IMG/VR virus record: IMGVR_UViG_3300025383_000009
Strand: one strand, 5' to 3'
DNA from: a virus
Lineage: Duplodnaviria > Caudoviricetes
DNA: 64,000 bases
The first letter of the stretch is position 1; every line of letters begins with the position of its first letter. Both the position numbers and the translations under genes were made by a program. The notes beneath the pieces were generated by a model that saw only the letters and a list, made by a program, of their open reading frames with translations, did no database searches and was not told the DNA's origin. Of the stretch, positions 55,640-64,000 are shown piece by piece.

Positions 55640-57424
55640 TCATCCTTCACAGGCAAGACAAGTGTCTCCGTCTGTCATTGCTTTAAGGTTGATTTCCGCT
55701 ATCACTTCACGTTCAATACGTTTAGATACTTTGTCTGCCTTAGCAATCTTATCCGAACGACAATAATACATAGTCTTTAATTTTTGTTTCCATGCCATAA
55801 AGTGTACTGCATGGACGTATTTGATGTTACTATCTGGTCTAAAGAATACGTTTAAGCTTTGTGCTTGGTCGATAAACTCTTGACGGTCTGCTGCATGCTG
55901 CACCACCCATCGTTGGTCAATCTCCATAGAAGTCTTGAACACATCCTTGGTCCAATCGTCAAGTATATCCAAATGTTGAACTGAACCATCATTCGCAATA
56001 ATTGAAGACCAAACCTCATCATATTTATCACCAGCTTTCTCCTTTATAATCTTGTCAAGGTACTGGTTCTTGTGTAGATGGGATCCTGATAAGGTATCTT
56101 GTCTATACGCATTTGCTCTAAATGGTTCGATTGAGGGTGATGTATTTCCCATGAGGATCGAAGAACTAGCGTTAGGAGCAATAGCCATAAGATGACTAAA
56201 ACGGTTACCCGTACCCACTGCGTCGGGTGCTTCACCTCGTTCTTTACCCAATTGCTGATTCGCTTTGTCCAAGCTTGATCTAATGTGTGCGAAGATCTGT
56301 TTATTAAGTCCCGTTGCCATTGCACTTTCCCAGGGAGTATTTCTTCGCTGAAGGAGAGCATGCCAGCCAAGAGCACCAATGCCAATGCTCCGCTCACGAG
56401 AAGCAGAATACTTAGCACGCTTAATAGTGCTAGGAGCATTGTCAATAAAATATTGCAAGACATTATCCAGCATTTCTGCAACATCTTTAAGAAAAAGTTT
56501 GTCATCTTTCCAATCATCATAATACTCCAAGTTTAAACTAGATAAGCAGCATACAGCTGTTCTCTTTTCATTAGTAGGTAAAATAATCTCGGAGCATAGG
56601 TTAGATTGATGTACTTTTAAACCTTTGTCCTTTAACCATTGAGGCAACTTTCTATTAGACTCATCGATAAAGTGCAGGTATGGTTCACCTGTTTGCATAC
56701 GTAATTCTAATAGCTTTTGCCATAATTCTTTTGCTGATACCACTTCCCTTACTTCACCTGAGTGTGGATCTTTTAGTTCCCAATCATCGTTAGCTTCAGG
56801 ATCCTTCATACAATTTTCAATAATCTCCATGAATGCATCAGGAATATTAACACCATGATGTAAGTTCAAGCATCGCATGTTTTGGTCACCTGTTGGCTTA
56901 CGCATTTCCAAGAACATCATAATGTCCGGATGACTAATGTCAAGGTAAGCAGCGTAGCTACCCCTACGAGTACGACCTTGGCGGTATGCGAGAGAACTAG
57001 CGTCGTACATTTTAAGATGAGGCATAACACCAGTAGATTTGTCATCAGCACTACGAATACCAAAGCCGATGCCAACACCACCCCCAAGCATAGATAGCCA
57101 ATTTGTTTCAGATAAGTTTTCAACTAAACCCTCCGCGGTGTCTTCAATAAAGTTAAGGAAGCAGGAAATTGGAAGACCTCGTTTGCTGCGGCCAAATGAA
57201 AGGATAGGAGTAGCATAGGATAACCAGTGCTTGCTGCTATACTCATATAATCTTTGCGCATGGAATTTATCTGTTGCGAAGGCTGATGATACGAATGCAA
57301 ACCTCTCTTGAGGACTTACTTCATTATCTGCCATGTATGACTCTTTTAACCTAATCATTCCCAATTCATCGAACAATGAATCTCGTGAATAGTCTACCTT
57401 AATACCGTGGACTTCGTCAGTCAT
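55640..57424 (-). CDS. nrdA: Ribonucleotide reductase class Ia alpha subunit (short, no ATP cone)
   Basis: PISCF, SNLCSEI, AIAPNASSS, SPSIEP and C-terminal CLACEG motifs. Confidence 0.95.
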   Translation of the reverse strand: MTDEVHGIKVDYSRDSLFDELGMIRLKESYMADNEVSPQERFAFVSSAFATDKFHAQRLYEYSSKHWLSYATPILSFGRSKRGLPISCFLNFIEDTAEGLVENLSETNWLSMLGGGVGIGFGIRSADDKSTGVMPHLKMYDASSLAYRQGRTRRGSYAAYLDISHPDIMMFLEMRKPTGDQNMRCLNLHHGVNIPDAFMEIIENCMKDPEANDDWELKDPHSGEVREVVSAKELWQKLLELRMQTGEPYLHFIDESNRKLPQWLKDKGLKVHQSNLCSEIILPTNEKRTAVCCLSSLNLEYYDDWKDDKLFLKDVAEMLDNVLQYFIDNAPSTIKRAKYSASRERSIGIGALGWHALLQRRNTPWESAMATGLNKQIFAHIRSSLDKANQQLGKERGEAPDAVGTGNRFSHLMAIAPNASSSILMGNTSPSIEPFRANAYRQDTLSGSHLHKNQYLDKIIKEKAGDKYDEVWSSIIANDGSVQHLDILDDWTKDVFKTSMEIDQRWVVQHAADRQEFIDQAQSLNVFFRPDSNIKYVHAVHFMAWKQKLKTMYYCRSDKIAKADKVSKRIEREVIAEINLKAMTDGDTCLACEG

Positions 57425-57456
57425 TTTAACTCCAATAATTTAATTTAACTATTTTG

Positions 57457-57464
57457 TATTTATA
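57457..57464 (-). promoter_or_regulatory. T4-type late promoter (TATAAATA) upstream of nrdA
   Basis: TATTTATA on + strand, a perfect reverse-complement match. Confidence 0.55.
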
Positions 57465-58341
57465 CTTGGGATTCTACTCGATAGGCTGATAGACACATAT
57501 CTTTCAAACTATACTGTGGGTGTAACAGGTTGAATTGATTAGTAATTGCTAGGGATGCTGGATCACCATCTCTTCGACCTGCCATTTTTACTTGAAAATC
57601 TATACCTGTGACCTCTTTCATGGTCTTAACGACTTCTTTGACTGAGTATCCATTTCCTGTTCCAATGCATTCATACGGCGTGTTAAAAGGACCATGCTTA
57701 ATAGTATCACGAATAGCGTTAACAAGATCCACAACATGAATATAGTCCCGCACGCAACTCCCATCACGTGTATCATAATCATCTCCATAAATTGACATAT
57801 AATCTCTTTTACCTGCAGCTGTCTCTGCTGCTATCCTAATTAGATGTGATGCTCGACCAACTTGTCTGTGTATACCATCAGAACCTGCAACGTTAAAGAA
57901 CCTGAATATGGTATATGACCTTGATTGTTCTTTGATGACGTCTTCTGCTGCCAACTTAGACCTTGCATAAGGTGACTGTGCATCAAATGCTCCAGCTGTA
58001 GACGCAAATATGAAGTGAGGTTCACCATTTATACGCTGCCTTAACATGTTTACAGTACCACCGAGGTTTGCTGAGTAGTACTTAGTTGGTCTTGCAACGC
58101 TTTCTTCTACTTGGATTAACCCTGCAAGGTGTACGATGACATCATAGTCTTCATCAACCACATGCTTTGTTACATCTTTGATAAGGATTCGTTGACAGTA
58201 TCTTGTAACATCATGATTATGTTTCTTCCATTCAATATCAAGACCGGTTATCTGGTGTCCAGCTTCAAATAAAACCTTTGCTAGATGAGATCCGATATAA
58301 CCTGTAACACCTGTGATTAATACTTTCAACATTTTCTCCAT
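57460..58341 (-). CDS. galE: UDP-glucose 4-epimerase-like NAD-dependent epimerase
   Basis: ITGVTGYIGSH, HLAG, YxxxK (PYARSK), RFFNVAG and DGSCVRDYIHV motifs. Confidence 0.88.
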   Translation of the reverse strand: MEKMLKVLITGVTGYIGSHLAKVLFEAGHQITGLDIEWKKHNHDVTRYCQRILIKDVTKHVVDEDYDVIVHLAGLIQVEESVARPTKYYSANLGGTVNMLRQRINGEPHFIFASTAGAFDAQSPYARSKLAAEDVIKEQSRSYTIFRFFNVAGSDGIHRQVGRASHLIRIAAETAAGKRDYMSIYGDDYDTRDGSCVRDYIHVVDLVNAIRDTIKHGPFNTPYECIGTGNGYSVKEVVKTMKEVTGIDFQVKMAGRRDGDPASLAITNQFNLLHPQYSLKDMCLSAYRVESQV

Positions 58342-59333
58342 TCAATAAACTTAAGCTTTGCTTCCATACCTTGGAATGTATTCGTATTTATCGTATCCAT
58401 GATAGACTCAATAGATTTACCATGTAACACCATCTCATTAATATCTTTATATTCTATGGTTTCTGGCCATAGGCATACTGCGTAGTCCTCATCAATTAAC
58501 TTCTCAATAAAGTTACAGATTTGTATGGATCTTGGTTCATTATCCATGATAAGAGTTGCATTATCTTTGATTGCTTGTATGAACTTAGTATCAAACCCTG
58601 CACCAGCCACAGCTATTGCATTAGGGATAAACATAGAATCTATTGGACCTTCTGTTACATAGATCCTCTTTATATGATCCATACGATCTATACCATAAAT
58701 CTTTTCTTTCTTTTCATCTAACTTAATTGTGATGTACTTGGGTTGTTCTTTACCAAGTGCTCTACCTTGAAAAGCAATGCATTTACCATCTTCATCATAG
58801 AACGGGATGATTAACCTTGGTGTATCATATGTTGTATCTGTAAAACTATATTTTAGTTTATTGACAAACTCTTTAAACTTGGGTACATAGTAGAGATCTT
58901 TCCAACGATCTTGCGGTATCTTACGAGATATAACATATTGTAAAGCTTCTTGGTTAGATTGTAAAGGTTGTGCACCTGCCAAGATAAGGTCTGTACATAT
59001 AGGCTGTGTGATCTCAGGTACGACTTCTTCGACCTTAGCATGAGGTGTGTGCTTAGAAGTATTTTCTTTATACCGTTCTAGTACATACTCGCTATAGACA
59101 GCTGGGTCAAGGTGTTTAATGAGGTTACCAATGCTCATGGATATGCCACAGTTATGGCACTTATACACTAACCTGTCTTTGTTCTTATAGACAAAGCCTC
59201 GAGCCTTTAACTCGTTCTTTTTGGAATCACCACATATCGGACAACTAAAGTTCCAATAGTAGTCATTTTTCTTTTTAAAGTTACGGAGTTTGTAGGAGAT
59301 TTGACCTACGAATCTTGCATCAATGTATAACAT
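58326..59333 (-). CDS. gp61: DNA primase gp61
   Basis: CPICGDS zinc finger, YKCHNCG, TEGPIDS and MDNEP TOPRIM motifs. Confidence 0.95.
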   Translation of the reverse strand: MLYIDARFVGQISYKLRNFKKKNDYYWNFSCPICGDSKKNELKARGFVYKNKDRLVYKCHNCGISMSIGNLIKHLDPAVYSEYVLERYKENTSKHTPHAKVEEVVPEITQPICTDLILAGAQPLQSNQEALQYVISRKIPQDRWKDLYYVPKFKEFVNKLKYSFTDTTYDTPRLIIPFYDEDGKCIAFQGRALGKEQPKYITIKLDEKKEKIYGIDRMDHIKRIYVTEGPIDSMFIPNAIAVAGAGFDTKFIQAIKDNATLIMDNEPRSIQICNFIEKLIDEDYAVCLWPETIEYKDINEMVLHGKSIESIMDTINTNTFQGMEAKLKFIEWRKC

Positions 59334-59339
59334 AGAACC

Positions 59340-59368
59340 ATTATATAATATAACTCAATTAAAGTACA
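59340..59368 (-). promoter_or_regulatory. Sigma70-type promoter of primase
   Basis: TGTACT-17-TATAAT on the - strand. Confidence 0.55.
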
Positions 59369-59638
59369 TTAATTTTCTAATACTGCTACGATGTTCTCTT
59401 CCAAGATCATGACACGTTGGGCACCATCCACGGTTGCCAGCTGAGCTTTTGACCAGTCCAATAGGATCTTGTCACCCACCTGCACTTCTGTCACCTCTGG
59501 GCCGATAGCCAGCACTGTACCTGTCTTTGATTCCCCATGACGGTCTGAACCCTCGATTAATATGCCTGATGCAGTTTGGTTATCACGTTTGTTCTCTGCT
59601 ACTAATACTTTCTTGCCTAATGGTCTTACTGCCATGAT
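59369..59638 (-). CDS. groES: Co-chaperonin GroES
   Basis: RPLGKKVLV, TASGILI and GTVLAIGP...V.VGD.IL motifs; start ATG 59638. Confidence 0.88.
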   Translation of the reverse strand: MMAVRPLGKKVLVAENKRDNQTASGILIEGSDRHGESKTGTVLAIGPEVTEVQVGDKILLDWSKAQLATVDGAQRVMILEENIVAVLEN

Positions 59639-59639
59639 G

Positions 59640-59873
59640 TTATCCTTTAATGAGCCAGATGTAGCTGGCAAATATGTTTAAGAAAAAGAAGTAAACATTT
59701 TGAATCAAGAGGGGTTTGTTTGGGTGGACCTTATGGAAATGGTGCACAAGGATACCATGAGCTATGACAAAGCCTGGGAAAGCATACTTCATGAACGGCA
59801 GTTTTAATGCCACAGATGTACCGCATAGGATGAAAAGAGTCGTGGATAACCACTTAATATCAAAGTACTTCAT
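59640..59873 (-). CDS. Small membrane protein
   Basis: Three hydrophobic segments in 77 aa. Confidence 0.6.
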   Translation of the reverse strand: MKYFDIKWLSTTLFILCGTSVALKLPFMKYAFPGFVIAHGILVHHFHKVHPNKPLLIQNVYFFFLNIFASYIWLIKG

Positions 59874-59878
59874 AATGT

Positions 59879-59907
59879 ATTATAATATAAACGTCAATTA
59901 ATGTAAA
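59879..59907 (-). promoter_or_regulatory. Sigma70-type promoter
   Basis: TTTACA-17-TATAAT on the - strand. Confidence 0.7.
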
Positions 59908-59912
59908 ATTAA

Positions 59913-60110
59913 TTAAGCGTAGTTAGGTGTTTCTGTGCCGTTAGCGATTGTAGTAACTAAGTTATTACTTTCATCATAGATCTTAATGTTATGATGAGTG
60001 TGTTTATGCTTATAAGCGTGCTCTTTAGCTTGATCTAATGTTTCAAAGTCCATTGAATAGACTCTTAACATAGGACCTTGCCATTTTGTTAATTTAACTT
60101 TATGTGCCAT
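59913..60110 (-). CDS. Hypothetical protein
   Basis: 65-aa ORF with GGAG RBS. Confidence 0.6.
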   Translation of the reverse strand: MAHKVKLTKWQGPMLRVYSMDFETLDQAKEHAYKHKHTHHNIKIYDESNNLVTTIANGTETPNYA

Positions 60111-60113
60111 GTC

Positions 60114-61163
60114 TTACTCCTGAAAATAATTTAACCAGATTTCTCTACTATTTATACAATATTCATTTAGTAAAGCTTGATGAACTTTTACGTTATACTC
60201 TGGATACTGATGAGCCTGATCCAGTGTGTATGCAATATTGTTACTACTTGTTGGATCAGAGTGAAAGTCCTCATGCATCCATGGTATCTCGATACTTCCT
60301 ATAACTGGTACACCTTGACTAACAAAGTCAGCAGCCACAATATTAAATGTTTCAGAGAAGCTTACCTGCATACCTATATCCATTGTAGAACATAGTTGAA
60401 TGAACTCTTCCCTTGGTGTCCATTCATGATTAACCAATCTATGACCACGATCATAGAGGTGTTCAAATAGTCCAATAAGGTTACTTAACACTGGACCACC
60501 ATTCATTTCAAGTCTTGCCGTATTAATATGGAAGTTTAATAGTTTACCAGATTCCTCAGCAAATTTTAAAGCACCGTACGCCTGTACGAGATGACTCTTT
60601 AATGGTCTTACCGCACCAAAGCAACCAATATCTATCGTATCTTTATTTGATATGTATTCTTTTGTCTTATAGCCTGGTGGATAGTAGTTTGGTAGATATA
60701 CAACCTTTTCGTTTACCTCATCGTCTGATAAACCAAAAGCTGTTTGTATATAGAACTGTACCTCATCAAGCATTCTAGGAGCGTTGCAGGATAATATAAT
60801 GTTCTTATGCATGGCGTATTCAGCTATCCAATTCATAGCTGGTCCTTCACCCGCCATAAACGGCATCTCTGAATGGATTCTTATAATCCACTTAACGTTT
60901 GGATGAAGTTTTTGAAGGATTACAAATTTTTCTGGTACAACCCATAGTGCCTCAATGATAACATGGGTTGGTCTAAATAGGGTTACTTCTCGATCGATCT
61001 TATTATTATCCTCAACAACAACGAGCTTTGATTCAATACCAGCTGCCTGAAGCATGTCGTCCATGAATTTTGCGGAATTATAGAGACCAGTGGATACTCC
61101 TATATGGTCGTCTTGTTTTGCGTAGAAGTTTGTTTTACGCTTTAGGATGAATAATGTTTTCAT
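60114..61163 (-). CDS. GT-B fold glycosyltransferase (GT4-like)
   Basis: IGCFGAVRPLKSH and SFSETFNIVAADFVSQGVPVI (E-x7 GT-B region) motifs. Confidence 0.7.
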   Translation of the reverse strand: MKTLFILKRKTNFYAKQDDHIGVSTGLYNSAKFMDDMLQAAGIESKLVVVEDNNKIDREVTLFRPTHVIIEALWVVPEKFVILQKLHPNVKWIIRIHSEMPFMAGEGPAMNWIAEYAMHKNIILSCNAPRMLDEVQFYIQTAFGLSDDEVNEKVVYLPNYYPPGYKTKEYISNKDTIDIGCFGAVRPLKSHLVQAYGALKFAEESGKLLNFHINTARLEMNGGPVLSNLIGLFEHLYDRGHRLVNHEWTPREEFIQLCSTMDIGMQVSFSETFNIVAADFVSQGVPVIGSIEIPWMHEDFHSDPTSSNNIAYTLDQAHQYPEYNVKVHQALLNEYCINSREIWLNYFQE

Positions 61164-61197
61164 TGTTTAGTGTCAGTCAAGTCAGTTTTAATAATTG

Positions 61198-61205
61198 TAT
61201 TTATA
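61198..61205 (-). promoter_or_regulatory. T4-type late promoter (TATAAATA)
   Basis: TATTTATA on + strand, upstream of the glycosyltransferase. Confidence 0.6.
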
Positions 61206-61917
61206 ACGACAGGGCTTGATCCTGTACATCTTTTTTGTATCGAGCCATCTTGTCTAAGTAACCTTGATTACGTAGTTCCTTAAACACTAGGTTCTCGAAT
61301 GAGAATTCACCACCTTTTAGGATGGCAGCGCCTCTCATGTCTCTTAGTTTATCCTTGAGGTTATTGAATGCTTCTACATCCATCTTGTTCTTGATCATAT
61401 CATCGATCATATCCATATAGAACTTAATCTTCTTCTTAAGGTATGGGTTCTTTAGGAAATCATCACCAATGAATTCTGGCTTGGCGATCCATTCATCCTT
61501 TGTCAATGAATAGACACCTTGGTCTTTAGGGTATGCTACTGACTCATCTTGTGCATAAGGCTCAAGACCATATCCAAGGATGGTGATCTTATGGGCCATA
61601 GTCCACATGACTTTCTTATCTTGTAAGTAGTCGTCTAGTAATGGGTTATCTTTGGCAATCTCGGACTTATTAACAACCAAGTGAACATCAATATCAGATA
61701 GATCAGTATAGTTGTAGTTGGCGTTGCCGCCGAGCATGATAACTTCTTTAACTGCACTTTTAGGGATCTTAGCAAATTCTCTCCATGCTTCTGCAAACTG
61801 AAGTAGCTTGGCTCTTACTTCAGGCTTTAGTTGGTATTCGTTCCAGAGTTTTGGGTTTAGTTCGGTATGGTACTGTAGTTGAAGTTTTAACTCTGATATG
61901 TACTGAGCGTATTTCAT
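61201..61917 (-). CDS. Pol-beta superfamily nucleotidyltransferase
   Basis: LGGNANYNYTDLSDIDVHL (hG[G/S]...DxD) motif. Confidence 0.7.
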   Translation of the reverse strand: MKYAQYISELKLQLQYHTELNPKLWNEYQLKPEVRAKLLQFAEAWREFAKIPKSAVKEVIMLGGNANYNYTDLSDIDVHLVVNKSEIAKDNPLLDDYLQDKKVMWTMAHKITILGYGLEPYAQDESVAYPKDQGVYSLTKDEWIAKPEFIGDDFLKNPYLKKKIKFYMDMIDDMIKNKMDVEAFNNLKDKLRDMRGAAILKGGEFSFENLVFKELRNQGYLDKMARYKKDVQDQALSL

Positions 61918-62297
61918 TTGAAAGTTTTATTAATCAACCAACCAATAACAACAGCTCCGCCGATGACTACCCAGCGCCATACTTCAAGGACTTTAACACG
62001 AGCATCGATGCCTTTAAGCTTCTCTTCTATAGCAGATTGGATCTTAGCATGACCTTCTATGCTGTTAGCCATAGACTGGTCTAGCTTCTTATTGATCTCT
62101 TTAGCTATGTTATCTATCTTTACGTGTATGTCTCTTATGTCGTCTTCGTTACGCACAGTATCTTTCTCTATGACATTTATTCTTGTATCATGTACAGCTA
62201 ATAGTTTACTAACATTATTACTAACTTCAGTAAGCTTATCTATCGATAAATCAAGCTTCTCAACTATACGTTCTAATTGTTCGAAATCATTTGCCAT
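61914..62297 (-). CDS. Coiled-coil protein with C-terminal TM (holin/XhlA-like candidate)
   Basis: Heptad coiled coil ending in WRWVVIGGAVVIGWLI; follows the spanin-like genes. Confidence 0.5.
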   Translation of the reverse strand: MANDFEQLERIVEKLDLSIDKLTEVSNNVSKLLAVHDTRINVIEKDTVRNEDDIRDIHVKIDNIAKEINKKLDQSMANSIEGHAKIQSAIEEKLKGIDARVKVLEVWRWVVIGGAVVIGWLINKTFK

Positions 62298-62886
62298 TAT
62301 AGATCTTTTCCTGTGATGTTACCCAGTCTTGTAGTGCTTTTAGTTGCTCTGATAACTGATGGTAGTTGTTATAGTTGATGCTTATTGTTTCTCCGACGGC
62401 AGAGAGATTAACTCCGGAGGCGGATCCATCAATTCCTTTGGAGGTGTCGGGAACTTCATTTTTTGCGGCAGAATCGTGGAGCAAGACAAAAGACTTAGGC
62501 ACACTGCACTTAGCATCAGACTCTTTAACATGTTGAGATAACTTCTTGATTTCATTACCCTTCTCCTTGATTACCTTTGTTTGTGTTACATATTTCGTTA
62601 CAATTTGTTTTGATCTCTTATCAGCTTCAGCAACCTTACGATCCATGTCAGCCTGAAGCTTCTCAGCTTCAGCTCTCCATAACATATCCTTAGAGTATGC
62701 ACCAGTAAAATAACAACCAACGCATAGTACTACTAATGATACCCATTTAAGTATGATGGCTGATAGCTTAACACCTGGGATATTACCGAGTATGGTGAAT
62801 ATTACAAATCCAATCCCACCTACACCCACTAACATCGTTGTTGCTTTTAATAACCATGCATCTGGAATAAATGATAATAAGAACAT
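62287..62886 (-). CDS. Rz-like inner-membrane spanin
   Basis: N-terminal TM segments, periplasmic coiled coil with Cys; encloses a lipoprotein gene in the +1 frame. Confidence 0.7.
   Translation of the reverse strand: MFLLSFIPDAWLLKATTMLVGVGGIGFVIFTILGNIPGVKLSAIILKWVSLVVLCVGCYFTGAYSKDMLWRAEAEKLQADMDRKVAEADKRSKQIVTKYVTQTKVIKEKGNEIKKLSQHVKESDAKCSVPKSFVLLHDSAAKNEVPDTSKGIDGSASGVNLSAVGETISINYNNYHQLSEQLKALQDWVTSQEKIYNGK
62382..62555 (-). CDS. Embedded Rz1-like outer-membrane spanin lipoprotein (57 aa), not in ORF track
   Basis: MKSRSYLNMLKSLMLSAVCLSLLSC-STILPQKMKFPTPPKELMDPPPELISLPSEKQ; AAGGAG RBS, lipobox LLSC, Pro-rich mature part. Confidence 0.8.
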   Translation of the reverse strand: MKSRSYLNMLKSLMLSAVCLSLLSCSTILPQKMKFPTPPKELMDPPPELISLPSEKQ

Positions 62887-62887
62887 A

Positions 62888-63475
62888 TTAAAATACCTTG
62901 TTGTTTCGGCGCGCCATACTTACTGCACCTTGATTTGTCTTCTTATACTTATCTATGTCTTTCTTCTTGAGTAATGGTGTAGTAGCTGCATCTGTAGATG
63001 TCATCACCCCTGTTGCATTAGCTGGAGCTGCACCTGCACCACCTCCACCTGAAACACCACCACCTCCAGCACCACCATCTTCTTCAATGCTCTTGATGAA
63101 CTTTTCAAGAAGGATAGTTTCCTCAGCAAAGTAAACACCCATACCCATCAAAGTATGGAATCTTTGTTCCATCATTGATGTCGTCCTATCATTCTTTTCA
63201 TAATACTCTTTGATTAGGAAGTATGCTGTAACTAAACTCTTTAGCTTATTTTCTCCACCTGGCAGTTTGTTGATTATCTTCTTCATGTTAAAGACCAATC
63301 GATGTAGGAACGTGTACGCATTTCTTTGTTCACTCGTCGTGAAAAAAGATGGCTTTATGAGATTTTTTCCTTTTTTATCGATGATGCCAAGCTTAAAGGC
63401 ATCAGTCTCACTGAAGGGCTTAACCAACATGGTAAGTACTCTTAACGCTATTAAATTATCTATTACTTGTGACAT
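62888..63475 (-). CDS. Conserved T4-like hypothetical protein
   Basis: RVLTMLVKPF...AFKLGIIDK.G motif; EED plus Gly-rich APAN tail. Confidence 0.65.
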   Translation of the reverse strand: MSQVIDNLIALRVLTMLVKPFSETDAFKLGIIDKKGKNLIKPSFFTTSEQRNAYTFLHRLVFNMKKIINKLPGGENKLKSLVTAYFLIKEYYEKNDRTTSMMEQRFHTLMGMGVYFAEETILLEKFIKSIEEDGGAGGGGVSGGGGAGAAPANATGVMTSTDAATTPLLKKKDIDKYKKTNQGAVSMARRNNKVF

Positions 63476-63852
63476 TAAATCTTCCTAAGTATTTTTATTA
63501 TGTGTTCATCTAGCTTGACATCAGACATCTTTAGCTTGTGTTCTGGTAACTCATCTGGCATCCTGTTAAGGAATATCAAAAACGTTACTAAGTAACTCCA
63601 ATACTCTTCATCTATCTTAAAGAATAACATGTTTGTTGTTTGATCACCAAATAAGTTATATAGTACTATCAAGTGGTTAAGTATTAGGTTCTCTTTAAGA
63701 TCCCCTTCGCTCTTATACCTATTGAATAGCTTCTTTAAGTATAGAAACCTCTTAAGATCATCATTAAACTCTTCCAACGAATAGCATTGGGTATTGTCAT
63801 AATGATGCATCGCATAGGTTAAAAAATTATCATCTGTCAACAATTGGTCCAT
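63475..63852 (-). CDS. Conserved T4-like hypothetical protein
   Basis: LTDDNFLTYAMHHYDN, EFNDDLKRF.YLK.L and LILNHLIVLYNLF motifs. Confidence 0.7.
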   Translation of the reverse strand: MDQLLTDDNFLTYAMHHYDNTQCYSLEEFNDDLKRFLYLKKLFNRYKSEGDLKENLILNHLIVLYNLFGDQTTNMLFFKIDEEYWSYLVTFLIFLNRMPDELPEHKLKMSDVKLDEHIIKILRKI

Positions 63853-63856
63853 ATTA

Positions 63857-63879
63857 AAAGAGGGGAGTTAACCTCCCCC
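63857..63879 (-). terminator. Rho-independent terminator
   Basis: On - strand GGGGAG-GTTAA-CTCCCC followed by TCTTTT. Confidence 0.7.
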
Positions 63880-63885
63880 ACTTAG

Positions 63886-63999
63886 TTAAGCTGTTACTGT
63901 TAATGTTACTGCGTTAGAGATAGCATTTGTATTAGCTGTATCAGTACCACAGATTACACGGATCTTCATACCAGTATCACCTACAGCTAGATGGCCAGA
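63886..63999 (-). CDS. C-terminal fragment of an Ig-like domain protein (truncated by window end)
   Basis: ...GDTGMKIRVICGTDTANTNAISNAVTLTVTA* resembles the end of an Ig-like fold (S..VTLTV). Confidence 0.5.
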   Translation of the reverse strand, partial: SGHLAVGDTGMKIRVICGTDTANTNAISNAVTLTVTA

Positions 64000-64000
64000 A

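Noticed and set aside
14078-57424. Introns or inteins in gp17, uvsW, nrdA or nrdB
   Set aside because: All are uninterrupted ORFs of ordinary length with no C/S...HN splice motifs evident.
62359-62541. + strand 60-aa ORF as the o-spanin
   Set aside because: No lipobox and wrong strand; the - strand +1-frame ORF 62382-62555 has the RBS, lipobox and Pro-rich features.
1-64000. Prophage or integration signals
   Set aside because: No integrase, repressor-operator cluster or att-like direct repeats seen in the window.

Overview
This AT-rich 64-kb window is part of a T4-like myovirus genome (Kyanoviridae/pelagimyovirus-style gene order) infecting a Gram-negative host. The + strand (1-43764) carries Gly/Thr-rich fibre and virion-decoration genes, then neck, terminase, tail and head genes (gp13-gp23, gp3), then uvsY/uvsW/gp55/gp47/gp46 and the dNMP kinase-gp45-gp44-gp62-regA-hsp20 block, a tRNA-Trp and accessory genes. 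The - strand (43765-64000) carries a csgF-csgG-curlin-like-FecR-lipoprotein-CHASE2 adenylate cyclase cluster, nrdA/nrdB, heme oxygenase, a secreted nuclease, homospermidine synthase, GalE, primase, GroES, a glycosyltransferase, a nucleotidyltransferase and a spanin/holin-like lysis block. Reading the DNA directly found several elements missing from the ORF track: (1) a complete monocistronic pqqA unit (23-aa PQQ precursor with promoter, RBS, 5' hairpin and terminator), suggesting a PQQ-dependent methylotroph host, probably Methylophilaceae; (2) a non-canonical tRNA-Gly-like RNA behind its own promoter; (3) an Rz1-like o-spanin embedded in the +1 frame of an Rz-like gene; (4) a small zinc-ribbon gene. 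All product calls come from motif recognition and synteny; no database searches were run.
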